A DNA stretch of 64,000 nucleotides, taken from positions 11,408,001 through 11,472,000 of the forward strand of contig OZ024743.1 of NCBI GenBank assembly GCA_964016885.1, given 5' to 3'. Below are positions 12,010 through 25,431 of this stretch, piece after piece. This DNA is from Eledone cirrhosa (taxonomy: Eukaryota). The notes below the pieces were generated by a model. It was not told the DNA's origin. It was given only the letters and a program-made list of their open reading frames with translations, and made no database searches. Positions within the stretch are counted from its first letter, which is position 1. Each line of letters begins with the position of its first letter. The translations under genes were made by a program, and so were the position numbers.

Positions 12010-14790
12010 CAAAAATGTGAAGCACAAATGTGACTCTTTAAACCAGCCAAATACTTGCACCCTCTGGCACACACATGGCAACTTTAGGGTCCCCCAAAAC
12101 CTTCCATTGCTTTGTTCTGGCTGTATGTTCACATGTATCTTTTAAGACCTCCCATGCTTGTACATTTCTTACACCTTTTCAGATCATAATCTACATGAGG
12201 TCTACTGATATGACTTTGTTCATGTCTAATCAAACCAGCTTTGCTCAGGCTGACTCGACCACAGTGCTGGCAAACCAGATGATGTTCAACAGCAGGCAGT
12301 TCAGAACAGTCTCAATCCTCACCTTCCTTCTCAGTGTTAGGTGTTCTCTCCGACGAGTTTCAAAGTGTTCACCACCTGTCTTGATCAAACGTCTCCACTT
12401 CACACACTCGTCAGCCATTTTCTCCCATTCGTCAGATGAAATTCCAGCACAAGCCAAGGTGCCCCTGATACAGTCCCGGTACCACCTTTTCGGTTTATGT
12501 GGTGGTCGCCTTCCTTCACACAGTTCTCCATAGAGAAGTTGCTTTGGAATACGATCATCAGACATCCGGACCACGTGACTGCACCACCTCAACCGATACT
12601 GAAAGATTATGCTCTCTCTAGAGCCACATGGCTTAGTCTTAGTGGTTAGATCATTGGCTTTGCAATCGAAAGGTTGTGAGTTCAATTCTCAGACCGGGTG
12701 ATGTGTTGTTTCCTTGAGCAAGACACTATTTCACATTGATCCAGTTTACTCAGCTGTAGAAATGAGATGATAGGGACTGGGGTCCCTATCATTCCACTGC
12801 AAAGTGGTCGTGGAGGTGCCACGGCAAAAAAGCACCCAGCACTCACTGTAAATGAGGTTGGTGTTAGGAAGGGCATCCAGCTGTAGAAATCAAGCCAGAA
12901 TCAGTTCCCGTCCCACCCTTGCAAGCAGGGAAAAGTGGACGTGAAATGAAATGATGATAGTCACGCACCTGCTCCGTTCTAGAACTTCCAAATCACTGGC
13001 GAACATTTTCCACCACACCCCAAGTAACTTATGAAGAGATTGTTGGTGAAATCTCTCCAGATCCTTGAGGTGCTTTCTGTATGTGACCCACGTTTCACAA
13101 ACATAAAGTAAAGAGGAGACGACACAAGTCAGATACACTTTCACCTTGGTTACGATAGTGATACCTCGTCTGGACCATAAACATTGATGCAGCCGTCCCA
13201 AAGCATCACTGGCTTTCTTGATTCTTAAGGATATTTCATTATCATGTGTGCATGAAGTGTTCAACGTACTACCAAGGTAAACAAACTTGTCAGCAACTTT
13301 TAGCCTCTTTCCGTACACGTACACACTTGGTGCAGTGTACTCGTTTCCAGGTACTGGCTGATACATCACAACAGTCTTTTCCAAGTTTACTGTGACGCCC
13401 AAAGTGCTGCAAGCTGCAGAAAAAGAGTTTATAATAGGCTGCATGTCACTTTGTGAGTTTGCAAAAAGATCGCAGTCGTCTGCATACAAAAACTCTCGGA
13501 TTATAGATGTTAATACCTTTGTGTTTGTACCAAAGCGCCTGGTGTTGAACAACCTTCCTGAAGTGCGATACCTGATGTAAACCCCATGAGAAACACTATC
13601 GTAAAATATAAGGAAAACGGAGTTGGAGCCGGAATGTCCCCCTGCTTCACTCCATTTTCAACTGATATCCAAACCCATGCAAGCGTGGAACACGGACGTT
13701 AAACGATGATGATGATGATTGGTTCAGAGATGCTACCACCAAAACTGACCAAAGCCTTCATGTCATCATGGAAAAGATGCAGAATCTTCTACCCTACCTT
13801 GGATTTTTTTCCTACAACGCAGTTCGATTGACAGTTTCAAAGGCCTTTGTCAAGTCAACAAAGACCTGGTAAAGGTCCATACATTGTTCGATACACTTTT
13901 CTTGCAGCTGCCGAGCAGAAACGATCATATCCACTGTTCCTCTTTCGTTTCTGAACCCACACTGCGACTCAGGCAACACATTCAGAGCAACTCTTGGGAT
14001 CAATCTATCCATCAATATTCGACACGACTTTACCAACTACTGAAAGAAGGGATATGACATGATAATTGCCACATTTGTCCTTTCCTTTATGGAGAATCAC
14101 CATGAGCGCATCCTTCTTGTGGGACATTCTCATCTTCCCACACCATTTTCATGAGGTCAGTCAGGCGCTGCATGAAGTTTTCACCACCACACTTCAAAAC
14201 CGCTCCACTCAGAGCATCCATACCAGGAGACTTACCACAGTTCAGCTTATGCACAACAGAAGACCCCTCTGCAAGAGAAGATACATTAGCCATCTCATAT
14301 GCTTCACTGGTTCAATTGGAATGGAACAAATGAAATCATCATCAACCTGGGATGACTGATTTAAGAGCTCATCAAAGTGATCTCTCTATCTGTCGAGTGT
14401 CTTTTGGGTCGCGCAGTAATTGCTTGCCATCTTTTGATCTCAAAGGGGCCACTGGAGAGCTGAAAGGGCCATACACCTCTGTGAGTAGAAAGTGCGGCAG
14501 TTTCACATTGTTGCCGTCAGATGCCACTTGAACTTCATCTGCTTTGTTGCTCCACCAGGTATTTTGCATAGCCCTGAGTTTCACCTGCACTTCCTTCTTT
14601 ACCTGTCTGTAACGCTCATAATTGTCACCAACAGAGCTACCACCTTTAAGAACTTTATCAAGTGCCTTTTGTTTTCTGTCTAGCAGAGTCTTGACCTACT
14701 GGTTATTCTCATCAAACCAGTCCTTGTTTTCTTGTGACAAAGCCAAGGACCTCTGCTGAAGCCTCATAGACCGAGCTCCTGAAGTCCTTC
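12010..14790 (-). mobile_element. RTE/BovB-like LINE, decayed ORF2, interrupted by SINEs
   Basis: LPESQCGFR..RGTVDM..LQEKC..FVDLTKAF; FLYADDC; RLRWCSHVVRM..RIPKQLLYGEL; C-terminal C2H2-like fingers; multiple frameshifts. Confidence 0.9.
12622..12958 (+). mobile_element. Full-length tRNA-derived CORE-like SINE inserted in the RTE LINE
   Basis: A-box-like TGGCTTAGT, B-box GAGTTCAATTCTC, CORE-like segment, ATG tail; the LINE reading frame resumes on both sides. Confidence 0.8.
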
Positions 14791-15529
14791 CAGTTGTTCT
14801 CATACACGCATACATACTTACATATATACATACATCCATCCATCCATATATACATGTATACACACATCCATCCATACGTGTATACATACAATGGTTAAAG
14901 TGTTTGACTGACGACCATAAGTTCATGGGTTCATATTTGGGACCGAGTAGTTATTGAATCAACCGGATATCAATGTTTATTATACAGCACACTTCCTCTT
15001 TGGTATAATATGACACATAGTAATATCTAACATAGTACCCATCTAATCTGTTATATGATTTACCTTTCCTCTGTGAAGGCACATGCCTTAGGGCTTACGG
15101 TACTGGACTAACCATTATAAAGTCATGGGCTCGTTTCTTCGATCCTGCAGCATGTTGCGTCCTTCAGTAAAATACTTTAGTTCGTGTAGCATCTTCTACC
15201 AGGACTTGCGGCAGACAGATAATATCAGTAATGGAAAAAACCTTGTTTCATTAGTATGACCTGGAAATCAGTTCCACTCTATTTATCTTCTTTATTAAAG
15301 GCAATCAAATTATTTTTTATTTTATTCTTTTTCTTATTTTTCCATGTTTGTTAAATAAATTCCAAAAAATCGAACTAAATTGAAATTTTGTAAAATTTCC
15401 ATAAAAGTTAATGTTTACAATACAATAAAATGTAATAAAATGTATTGAAGTCGACGAAATGTGGACCTTCATTTTCGAAAGATGGATAATGCTATAAGCA
15501 GGCCTTACAATATTGTACCACAATTTTCC

Positions 15530-15636
15530 TTTGTGCAAAAGTGGGCAGCCGAATTTAGGAAAGGATAGGGGATTCTTGAAGATGACCCAATGTCTGGACG
15601 TCCTACAACTACCACTACCGAGGAAAACATTGATCT
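15530..15636 (+). mobile_element. Mariner transposase fragment
   Basis: KWAAEFRKG..LEDDPMSGRPTTTTTEENID matches the mariner HTH/GRP linker. Confidence 0.65.
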
Positions 15637-15899
15637 CAGTACTGCAACGCCGATGGAAGAAGTTAAGGGCCACCTATATTTTCATTTAAGTAACTCCACT
15701 TACATCGATATGCTTTATAACCATGACTTTTTTTCTATTTGTTTTCTAATTTGGCCCTTTTATGTCTTCTCTCTCTCTCTCTCTCTCTCCTCTTCCCTCT
15801 CTCTCTCTCTCAAAAAAACGCGTGAAAACTCCACTTACGCGTGGTAGTAATACGAAAATAAACGATGTTTCACCACGAAAGTGACAACCGACCGCACCT

Positions 15900-17415
15900 C
15901 ACACCTTAGGGGTTAACTGCACACTTTCAGACAAGCCAACACACTTGCAGCATCACCACGGACGATGGCGAGGCTAAGGTGTTGAAATAACCAAGCACCC
16001 TCACAGGCATCACCTGACACCTCAGTAAGGTGAGCCGCTAGTGATGACAAGTACCTCGCTGTCAGCGGCCCATCTCCACCGAACGTCTTGATCGCCATTT
16101 GATAACTCCTGGTATTTCCGAATTTTATTCGGGTCGGCAGCGGAAGCATTGACCTTCACCACGGCGTCTATGATGTGGCAGGAAGCACGAGTCACTGACT
16201 GTGACGTCCCAGATGAGACACCTACTTCTCATCCAGGGACAAAGGGTAACACCGTCTGGTCTCTTTCCATCACTTCTGGATAAATCAGCCAGTTTCAGAA
16301 CTGTGGAGATTATTACCCAAGCCAGGGCCCGTTTTATGATCAGGTTTAACTCAGTGTGATGGGCAAAACGAACAGCATTCAGGCGGCAGGACAAACCATG
16401 TAAACCTGTGGAGTCAAGGCATCTTCCACAGCAGCAACTCAAACCCCCTCCCCACAGACGTCGGCTCCCACACGAAGTGCAATGTTGGCCACAGGCAGGG
16501 CATCAATCCAGTCACCTGAGGACTTTTCGCTAGCAGAAAGTAAGCGGCACCTAGAAAATTGATCGGTAAGATCAAAAAGAGTTAAAAGTTTCCCTCGAAC
16601 GCAGATTGTCCCATACTCTGTTTCCATCTATCCTCATCAGTAACTGGGACTGACAAACCCAGCTCTCTCCACTAAAGCTTCATCCAACTTCCTGGTGGAA
16701 CTAGTCCAAGTCGGGATGGATGGGATGTCACCCACCAAAGGGGAGCAGGCGTGGATGGAGGAAAGAAAGCAGTGCACCCAACTGTTATGAGGCGAAGGTG
16801 ACCGTTGCATTTTGTGGGACCAAACAGTTTAGCTCCAAAGAACAGGGAATGGATATGAGAAAGCACAAGAACAGGATGAAATGGGTTAGATTCTCTAAGA
16901 GCTCAAGGCCGGCATCCCCAGTCGATAAGGAGACACCGTCCTTGAGGTGCTGAGGTCGAAGACCATCAATCCTTGCAACAGAACCTGCCGGAAAGGATAT
17001 TATCATTTTCCTAGCGATAGCTGGGGTGGAGCCAGGTTGAAAATAACCTGTGTGGTCATCCGAAGGAGCAGGAGGATGTTTTGTCTCAGTCGGTTGAGAG
17101 AATTATTGCTCATTTCAGGTTGACGATCAACTCAGTTCCAACCAATGGTTGATTGCCAGACTTAAAGAAGGCCGTCAGTGCTAAATTCAATAAATTTGAC
17201 ATTAAAGGGGCTGTTTGCCTCCTCTCTGTCAACCCTCACCTAGTGTACTAAAGATTCTCTCAACCGACTGAGACAAAACATCCTCCTGCTCCTTCAGATG
17301 ACCACACAGGTTATTTTCAACCTGGCTCCACCCCAGCTATCGCGAGGAAAATGATAATATCCTTTCCAGCAGGTTCTGTTGCAAGGATTGATGGTCTTCA
17401 ACCTCAGCACCTCAA
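15900..17415 (-). mobile_element. RLE-type (CRE-like) non-LTR retrotransposon remnant with inverted 5' segment
   Basis: CCCG..GLHGLSC..HHTELN.IIKRAL..KRPDGVT..WDVTVSD (Zn knuckle plus PD-(D/E)xK endonuclease); G.DGLRPQHLK and LRLITVG RT motifs. Confidence 0.75.
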
Positions 17416-19327
17416 ATATGGAATAGATCTCTGTCAGTTTCGACAATGAATGTTCAAGCTGTTCACTCAAGAAATTAACCTGTGAGTGGCTGAGCATTCC
17501 ACAGACATGTGTACCCATAACATAATTCTCGGTGTATTTCAGCATGACATTGTATGTGCAACAAAGCGGACCCTTTGAATTACAGATACAGTCCATCCGA
17601 CAGACTTTCAAACAGTTTCTGTCTATCTAATTTCACTTGCAAGACATAGATCAGCCTGTGGCTATGGCAAATAATAGTTGCCCAAGATGTCACACAGTTG
17701 AATTGAACCCAGGACTTAATAAATGCAAAGCAAACTCTTTAATCTTTTGGCCATGTTGCATTCACCAAACCAAATATGGGATATGGTAATTAGTAAAGAA
17801 TAACACACATCTAAACAGTAGTAACAATCAAACTTCTTTTAATTCCCGATAGACAAAATTGTTAAATTTTATTAGGATACTGGCGTTGTTAGTTCTGATT
17901 TAATGTTTAATTTCTTTTCCACTAAATATTTTTTCTTTTTCAAAGCATCTGCAATACCATTTGCAACACAACATATTTAAAAGTCTTAAATCAAGATATG
18001 TTTGTACTAATCTTTAGAACTATCATTGAAATCTAAATTATAATATAAAGTAAGGAGTGTGGGACTGCGTCCAGAATATATTTTTTTATCCCGTTTGTAA
18101 AATAAGTTGGATTACTTTGAATAAATAATGAATGAATATTACATAATTTATCTACTAATTTTCGTTATTCTTGATTAAATATAAATAATTTTGTTGCTTG
18201 TTTTAAGATTTACTTCTTTAAAATTTTCAAATGTGAACACTTCCGATTATCGATCGCTTAAATAAACATTCATATATTTCTGTCACTAATTTTCTGCTAA
18301 TGCAGTTTATACATAATATCATCTTTTTTAATGTATCATGGATTATGTTACTGATTACATAAGACAGTGTAACATAGTATTCGTTCAATTTCTGTGTATA
18401 TTGTCAATTACGATTTTATTTGATGTATCATATCTACATGCATATATACTTGCATATAATATCAATATGCACACTACACATGCTAGCAGAAAACCACCCG
18501 GATGGTGGTTTTTCTGCTAGTATATTATAATAATTCCCAAAAGCTTGTTAACTGTAATATCATTGTGAATTTTTCTAGTAGAAAACTAACATTTCCAATT
18601 CTAATACCAGAAAAAAAACATCTTCATTGAAGTGTGGATCAGCACCTTCATTACAATATTGGCACATTTGGTATGATGTGACTTCACTTTGGATATAGTT
18701 TCACTATCAGGTTTTATATTTTTTAATAAATTTACTAAATGATCACAAGTGTTTGTAGCAAGCTACTTTCCTTTGGCGCATTGATACTCTTTCCATACGT
18801 GCTTTGGCTAAGTTAAGCCAATCGATGCTAACCAAGCTTAATCCAGCTCTTCTCATCTTTGTTAATAAATCATATAAAAACATGTTAAAGTCTTGTGATG
18901 CTATTTGCCACAGCCATCGTCTATAAATGTGATATGGAAATATTCTTTCCAGAGTTATATTCACAGCAACAGCAACTGAGACTTACAGCAACCTGTAAAT
19001 TCAACTTACATTTATTGATATAACAAACCATACCTTTCCAATTACAAACAAATACATTGTTGTTACATAATCTCGTTGCTATTACATGCTGCTATATTGG
19101 CGATCTCTTTTGATACACAATACACATATACAAATAATAACTATTATCCTTTTTAAATGCTGTCTTCATGTTAAATGAAGAATAGCAGAAAATATATATT
19201 ACTATGTTAGCTTCAAGCATCAAGGCTTCATCACATTTTCTCATCAAATATTTGAAAACAGAAATTATTTTATGCTTTTTTCATTTAGAAATAGCTTACT
19301 AACATAGAATATTTTGCTATGATATCT

Positions 19328-19492
19328 CTTCTTCTTCGCCCACTTATTCCTGAAAGGGTCGTGGGGGCAGAGTCCTCAAACACTCCTTCCAGCAAGTCAT
19401 GTCAGAAGCAACCATCTCCAACTGATCCGGCTGGATCCCCAAGCTCATGGATGTTATCCAACCATCTTGCTCAGGGTCTACCCCTGGTTCTC
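19328..19492 (-). mobile_element. RTE-like LINE 3' end fragment
   Basis: RTRGRP.ARWLDNI reading plus (AAG)n tail; related fragment at 47140-47450. Confidence 0.55.
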
Positions 19493-21230
19493 ATCTACAA
19501 AATTTGCAGTTCATTTTAAACAAATGAGCAGGAACATCAGACAATCAATTACAAAATCTTGACATAGCACACCATTGATCATCATCATCTTCATCATCAC
19601 CAAATCTCCTTCAAATTATACCTTAGCCACTTTAAACAATGGAAAACGGCAATAAATAGTATTTTCGTCTATATCTGATGATTAGTGTGAAAGTGGAGTA
19701 TCTGAAATGGCAGAAAGGTGTTTTTTCTTGACCATGTTTATATACACGACCTATATATTTTGTTACTAAATGTGATATACACACACACACACACCATCAT
19801 CATCATCATCATCATCAACATCATTTAATGCCTGTTTTCCCAACTAGCAAAATTTGAACAGGTTGCTATAAACCAAGTTAGTAATCAAGTCTCACAGTTG
19901 AGCTGTGAGCCTGTATCTTACTCACTCATATTTCTGCATTGTACTAAGTACTCAATTAGTTAGCAATTTGCTGAAAAATTGCATCATGTTTGGATGGTTA
20001 CCAGCAACAACAAGCGTTATAGTACAACCTTGGAAGTTTCTGCTCACAGTTTCTGCTCACTATATTTCCTACACTTTCAGGTATGAATTATGAAACCTCA
20101 CTATTAGTTTAGATTTAGATGTAATATTATTTAAAAACTTCTAGCTAAAGCACAGTACTGTCATCATCATCATTATCGTTTAACATCTATTTTCCATGCT
20201 AGCAAGGGTTAGACGGCTTTGTCTCATTAGAGGCATGTTGGGTCAGATACCTACGTCTTCCTCATATAGGACTGCTTCCAGCTAGATTTCTACGGTAGGA
20301 TGCCCTTTCTAATGCCAACTACATTTACTGAGTGTGCTGGGTGCTTGTTGTCGTGACCCCCTACATGACCACTTTACAGTGTGGGCTGGATGCTTTTGTG
20401 ATACCAACATAACTTTACAGTGTAAGGGTGGTGTGGGGTGTAGTGGGAAGGTGGTGTAGTGGGTGTATAGTGGATTAAGAGGTGCCTACTGGGTTTATGT
20501 TTGAGTCTGTGTGCAATGGAAGGCAGGTCTTCTGTATTACTGCATAACACCAAAGATCTTGATCCTGTGTCATTGTCTTTGAGAGGTGCAATTGTGCAAG
20601 GTCAGCTTTTATCCCCTCGTCCAGGCCTTCCTACTCTGTAGCTTCCAGATGTATGCAAAGTTTTATCTGATGGGGGACAGCTTATGATCAGGATTTCTAT
20701 GTTTATCAAACATTTTTGTTTTTTGTTCATTTATTGTTGCCATGATTCACTATTTTTGTCCCATTTTGAATTATACATATCATCATCATCATCACCATTT
20801 TAATGTCCGTTTTTCCTGCTAGCAATGGTATATAAATAATGCCAAAAGTGCTAAATACTTTTAATGCTAGTTTTCCTGCCTAGTTAGATTAAGGATTTTC
20901 CTGGTAAATTACTAGAAAAAAAGCTACATATGGCATTGAATATGCTAATTGTGTAACACTACCTTAAAGGTAATCTGCCTATACCCATTCCAACTTTTGT
21001 GCAAATATAGTACACAGAGGATGATAATATCCATGTGTCCTATATTTTTTAAGACAATATGATTTGGTTGCTATTTCTAGCAGGCCTATGAACCATATAA
21101 GAGTTTGTTAAACTATTGTATTTAATCCTACTCTATATTTACTTTAGTATTTTCACTGTAAAGACTTTCTCTCACATAGTAGCGAATCTATGAGATTTTG
21201 ATATTATTTATTTTGAGAACAATACCTTAA

Positions 21231-21541
21231 CCCTTTAGCATTTAAACCGGCCATATCCGGCCAGAATTCTCTCACCCCTTTCTGTTCAAACCTGTTGTAA
21301 CTGGCCACTCATACTGACATTAAAGTATTGTTCACAAAATAAATAATAACATCATCAAAATCTCATAGATTCCATATTATGTGAGATAATTATATAAGAT
21401 CAAGCCTTTACTATGAAAATATAATAGAGTAATGTAAATGCTAAAAGGTTAAAGTTGGTATGAGGGGCCAGTTATGGCTGATTTGAACAGAAAGAGGTGA
21501 GAGAATTCTGCCCAGATATGGCCGGTTTAAATGCTAAAGGG
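21231..21541. mobile_element. piggyBac-type MITE plus appended inverted partial copy
   Basis: TTAA-CCCTTTAGCATTTA...TAAATGCTAAAAGG-TTAA (to 21448), then a reversed ~90-bp left end closing TAAATGCTAAAGGG-TTAA. Confidence 0.8.
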
Positions 21542-22554
21542 TTAAGCTAGTTGTTGTTTAGCCCCAGGTCAATTTTGGAATGACTAAACTTAAGATCAAA
21601 GGAGATATTTCTGTCATGGTTATCCTGCATTTTTATACAGAAAGGACTATGTGTTCTTTGCTTTTTAAGGTGGTAGGGTGTGATTTAAGGGAGATTTGGC
21701 AGCTATTTCTTGCAAGTAGAGAATAACACATTGTCCCATTCATGAGATCAATTTGTAGCAATTCCAAGGACTTTAATTGTGTTTTAATGCATAGTGAGAC
21801 TGCTACCTTTAATTGCGATAAGGGTTTTTGTTTATGGAAATTATTCCATCAACATATTATTTTCTATTCATGGAGGCAATGCAGTTCAAAGTAGGGTGAC
21901 TAGGCTATGTGTGAGTGTTGCCTGTTAGTGGAATATTATCAAAAAGAGAAGAGTGGTATAAACTGCATAGAAGTGTGTACAATAAACGTGAAAATAGAAC
22001 AGTCATTAATGTACAGAATAAATAAGTATGGGAGACTTATAGCTAGACTTTAGGGTACACCAGATTGATAGTCAGTAGATCAAAGAAAGACCCATGTGCT
22101 TGTGCTTGGTCAGCAATGAAGCATTGTGTCAAGAAACTCTTGACCAAAGAGATGAGAAATAGATGCAACTTATAGGTAGTCAACTTAGCTAGCAAGTTTT
22201 CATGGTAGAGAAGAAGATAACAAACACTACTATCATTGAAGTTCCCAAGTTTGGAAGACTACTAGTATATGTTTTAAGAGAGCAAGTTTGTGGAAGATCT
22301 GGTGATACAAATACTGACTGGTTGGTTGTAGGAAATTGTCTGATACTCAATTCTACTCAAGACAGTGACATTTTAATACCAACTCCATTACCTTCAAGGA
22401 TGTTAGCAATGATTGTGGTAAGTCAATAATTGACACGGTCAGAGAGGTTATCCATCTTGGAAATGGGATAAACTCTACAATGTTTTCATAAATTAAGACA
22501 GACATGTAGAGAGAAAGATTGAAGCGTAACATCACCAACATTTTATTATATTAA

Positions 22555-22773
22555 CCCTTTAGCATTTAAACTAGCGATATCCAGCCAGAATTCTCTCACC
22601 TCTTTCTGTTCAAACTGGCTGTAACTGGCCACTTATACTGATGTTAAGGTATTGTCCTCTAAATAAATAATATCAATCTCACAGATTCGATATCATGTGA
22701 GATAATTATGTGAGGTAAAGTCTTTTCTGTGAAAATACAACAGTAAATATAGAGTAATGTAAATGCTAAAGGG
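22555..22773. mobile_element. piggyBac-type MITE (219 bp)
   Basis: 14-bp TIR CCCTTTAGCATTTA, TTAA target duplications on both sides. Confidence 0.85.
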
Positions 22774-24130
22774 TTAAAGAATTATTAGATTATTTTTTTT
22801 TGATTAGACACAAATACTTTTTTTTTTTTTTGTTAAAACATCTTGTGCATATAAACACAGAATATGATTTATAAAAGAAATACAACAATAAAATTTAATA
22901 AAAAAAATAAGAGAAACTGTACACACTACAAGGAATGCTGGTGTTAACCTAAAAAAATTTTAAGGCAAGCCAAGATACTCATAGCATACCCAGGGGTGAT
23001 AGCAGTGCAAAGATACTGGAATAGCGAAACAGTCACAAGCATCCCCTGATCAGTAATGCGCGCTGCAAACACAGACAAGAATTTCTTTGTCAGCGGCTCA
23101 GCTCCTGCAAATACCTTCAGTGTCACAGAGTCTGAAAGATGTAATTTTCTAATATTCAAAGAATGGAGTAAGGTAATTTCAGTCGATTTCAGCTATTTAT
23201 TTTAACAATACCAGATGGATGATTAGCAAGCAATGGCACTACCTTATCGCGGCAGAATAATTGGGTCGTGCTTGGTCAGTCGCCAGGCCTTTAAGTCGAC
23301 GGAGGAGGAATACCAAGCAGAAATTTCTGCCCAGCAAGGGATTTCGTGCCTTTTTTTACTTCTACCTATCAGTTACGGCTTCCATTTCGTGGACACAAGA
23401 AGTCACTAATTACGTTCCCGGTCGATACTAGCAAGATGTAGCACTTAACAAGGAACTTCGGCCCTCTCAGCAAGGGCCCAGCAACATTCCTTTCTACCAA
23501 AATATCTATTCACTTGAGTTGCGTTCCAGGCTCCGTTCTGAGTGGACTCATGCAACTCCTTACTGATTTTTATGCAGCTTACTTCACGGTGAAACTATGT
23601 GTTAATTCATTTTAAAGATAATAAACCATTATTACAAGTTTAAATAAGCTTTCGGATTCTTTCATCAACTATGGAACTTATTACTAAACGTAAGCACGCA
23701 GCCTATCAATTTATATCCATACCTAAGGGCATCCTCTCTTCCTTCAATGGAAAATCCAGCAGCACCACGGACTATACCAACCTATAAATAAATATCATCT
23801 TTTCTGATCCCTTTCCGCAACCAAGAACAAAATACTTAAACGCTTGCTGTTAAAGTGATCTCACAACTAAATCTTTTCTAGCTAAAGATGAAATATATAA
23901 TTATAAAAACATTGTGAAGTCTTGTGATGCTATTGCCACAGACATAGCCTTTAAATGTAATATGGAAAGATCCTTTCCAGAGTTATTATCACTGCAGCAA
24001 CAGAACCTGGGACTTACAGCCGAACCCCAATTCAACTAACATCGCCATATAACAAAACCGTTACATTTATTGATATAACCAAACCATACCTTTCCTGCTA
24101 CAACAAAACACATCATTATTATTATTATTG

Positions 24131-24245
24131 CCGAGGTTAACTTTGCCTTTCATCCTTTCGGGGTCGATAAAATAAAGCACCAGTAATGTACTAGGTAATT
24201 GCTGGCCTTGTGCCAAAAGTAGAAACAATTATTATTATTATTGTC
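24131..24245 (+). mobile_element. SINE fragment (second family)
   Basis: TTGCCTTTCATCCTTTCGGGGTCGATAAAATAA..GGCCTTGTGCC, (ATT)n tail; a longer copy with B-box lies at ~46130-46320. Confidence 0.65.
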
Positions 24246-24854
24246 GTTGCTATTATTATTACATGGCATAATATTATTTTTCTGCTAAACTGGTGACTAT
24301 TAAATGTCTGCTATATAGTTGATCTCGATGAAATAACGACAGGTAACATTGTAAAACGAATAGTGTTTACTTGAGCCGTCTTCAGTTAATACCGACATGT
24401 TTTTAAATAGTTAATTAAAAACGAAGACTTGTCTTTGTAGTATGATAGAGTTATCTCCATTAAACAACATCAAGAATTTGTAACCAAATCGCTCAAATCA
24501 CATCCTAGTCCATAAAAAGTGAGACACATGAGGCGATGCTGTAGTGGTTAAACTATAGCTGAAAAGATGTTTGATAATAAATCTACTCAATTAGGTCTAA
24601 TCCGAATCGAAACATTAACTGAGGATAATAGGCCTAGTCTAACACTACTCTTCTATAAAAGCCATGCCTTGCGTATTATCCTCACATCCATACGCACTGA
24701 TGAATTGACTGGTTGTAAACAAAGTATTGGAGATCGATTGACGCAACATCAAGCGATTAGCGAGCTCTAGACCTACCAGATCAACGAAACAATTGTCAGC
24801 ACTGTGAATAAAGCCCTTATTGTACAGCCAACCCCATGTTACACTTCTTTCTTG

Positions 24855-24894
<40 letters not shown>

Positions 24895-24944
24895 TCTTTT
24901 ACCTGTTTCAGCCATCCGGCTGAGGCCATGCTGGGGCACCGCCC

Positions 24945-25431
24945 TTATCAAACTTGCTCCTGTAGAATCAAAAGTGAATGCCCATTACAAGGTAAATGCA
25001 ACACCAAAGCCATTGTATATGCGGCTAAAGTGACAACCATCAGCAACAACCATCCAGTCACCAGTGAACGATATGTGGGTATGACGCAAGACAGATTCAA
25101 AACGCGTTATTACTCACATGTCGCATCCTTTCGACATCCAGAAAAAAGATTTACAACAGCTCTGGCTAGCAGAATCTGGGATTTGAAAGACCAAGGCATC
25201 CAATATAAACTAGATTGGTCAATTTTGAACCAATCTAAAAAATATGCTAGAGGAACAAGAAAATGCACGCTCTGCATAAATGAAAAATTTTGGATATTGC
25301 AAAATCTTAAATCACCAAAGACCTGTCTGAACACAAAGACGGAAATTTTTACCAGTTGCCCACACATGAAATCACACCTGCTTTCCAGCTCATATAAACT
25401 TAACACACTTTCAGATACTTATCCTCCATAA
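24945..25431 (+). mobile_element. Penelope-like element GIY-YIG endonuclease domain (5'-truncated)
   Basis: CSC..CPLQGKC..IVY.A..RYVGMT..FKTRY.SH..SF..WSIL..CTLC..EK..LN..C.H. Confidence 0.85.

Noticed and set aside
12622-12700. tRNA gene
   Set aside because: tRNA-like head of a repeated SINE; no complete cloverleaf or terminator.
16608-16650. Minus-strand CTGATGA..GAAAC..GTA motif
   Set aside because: No stem II and it lies in retroelement coding sequence; coincidence.
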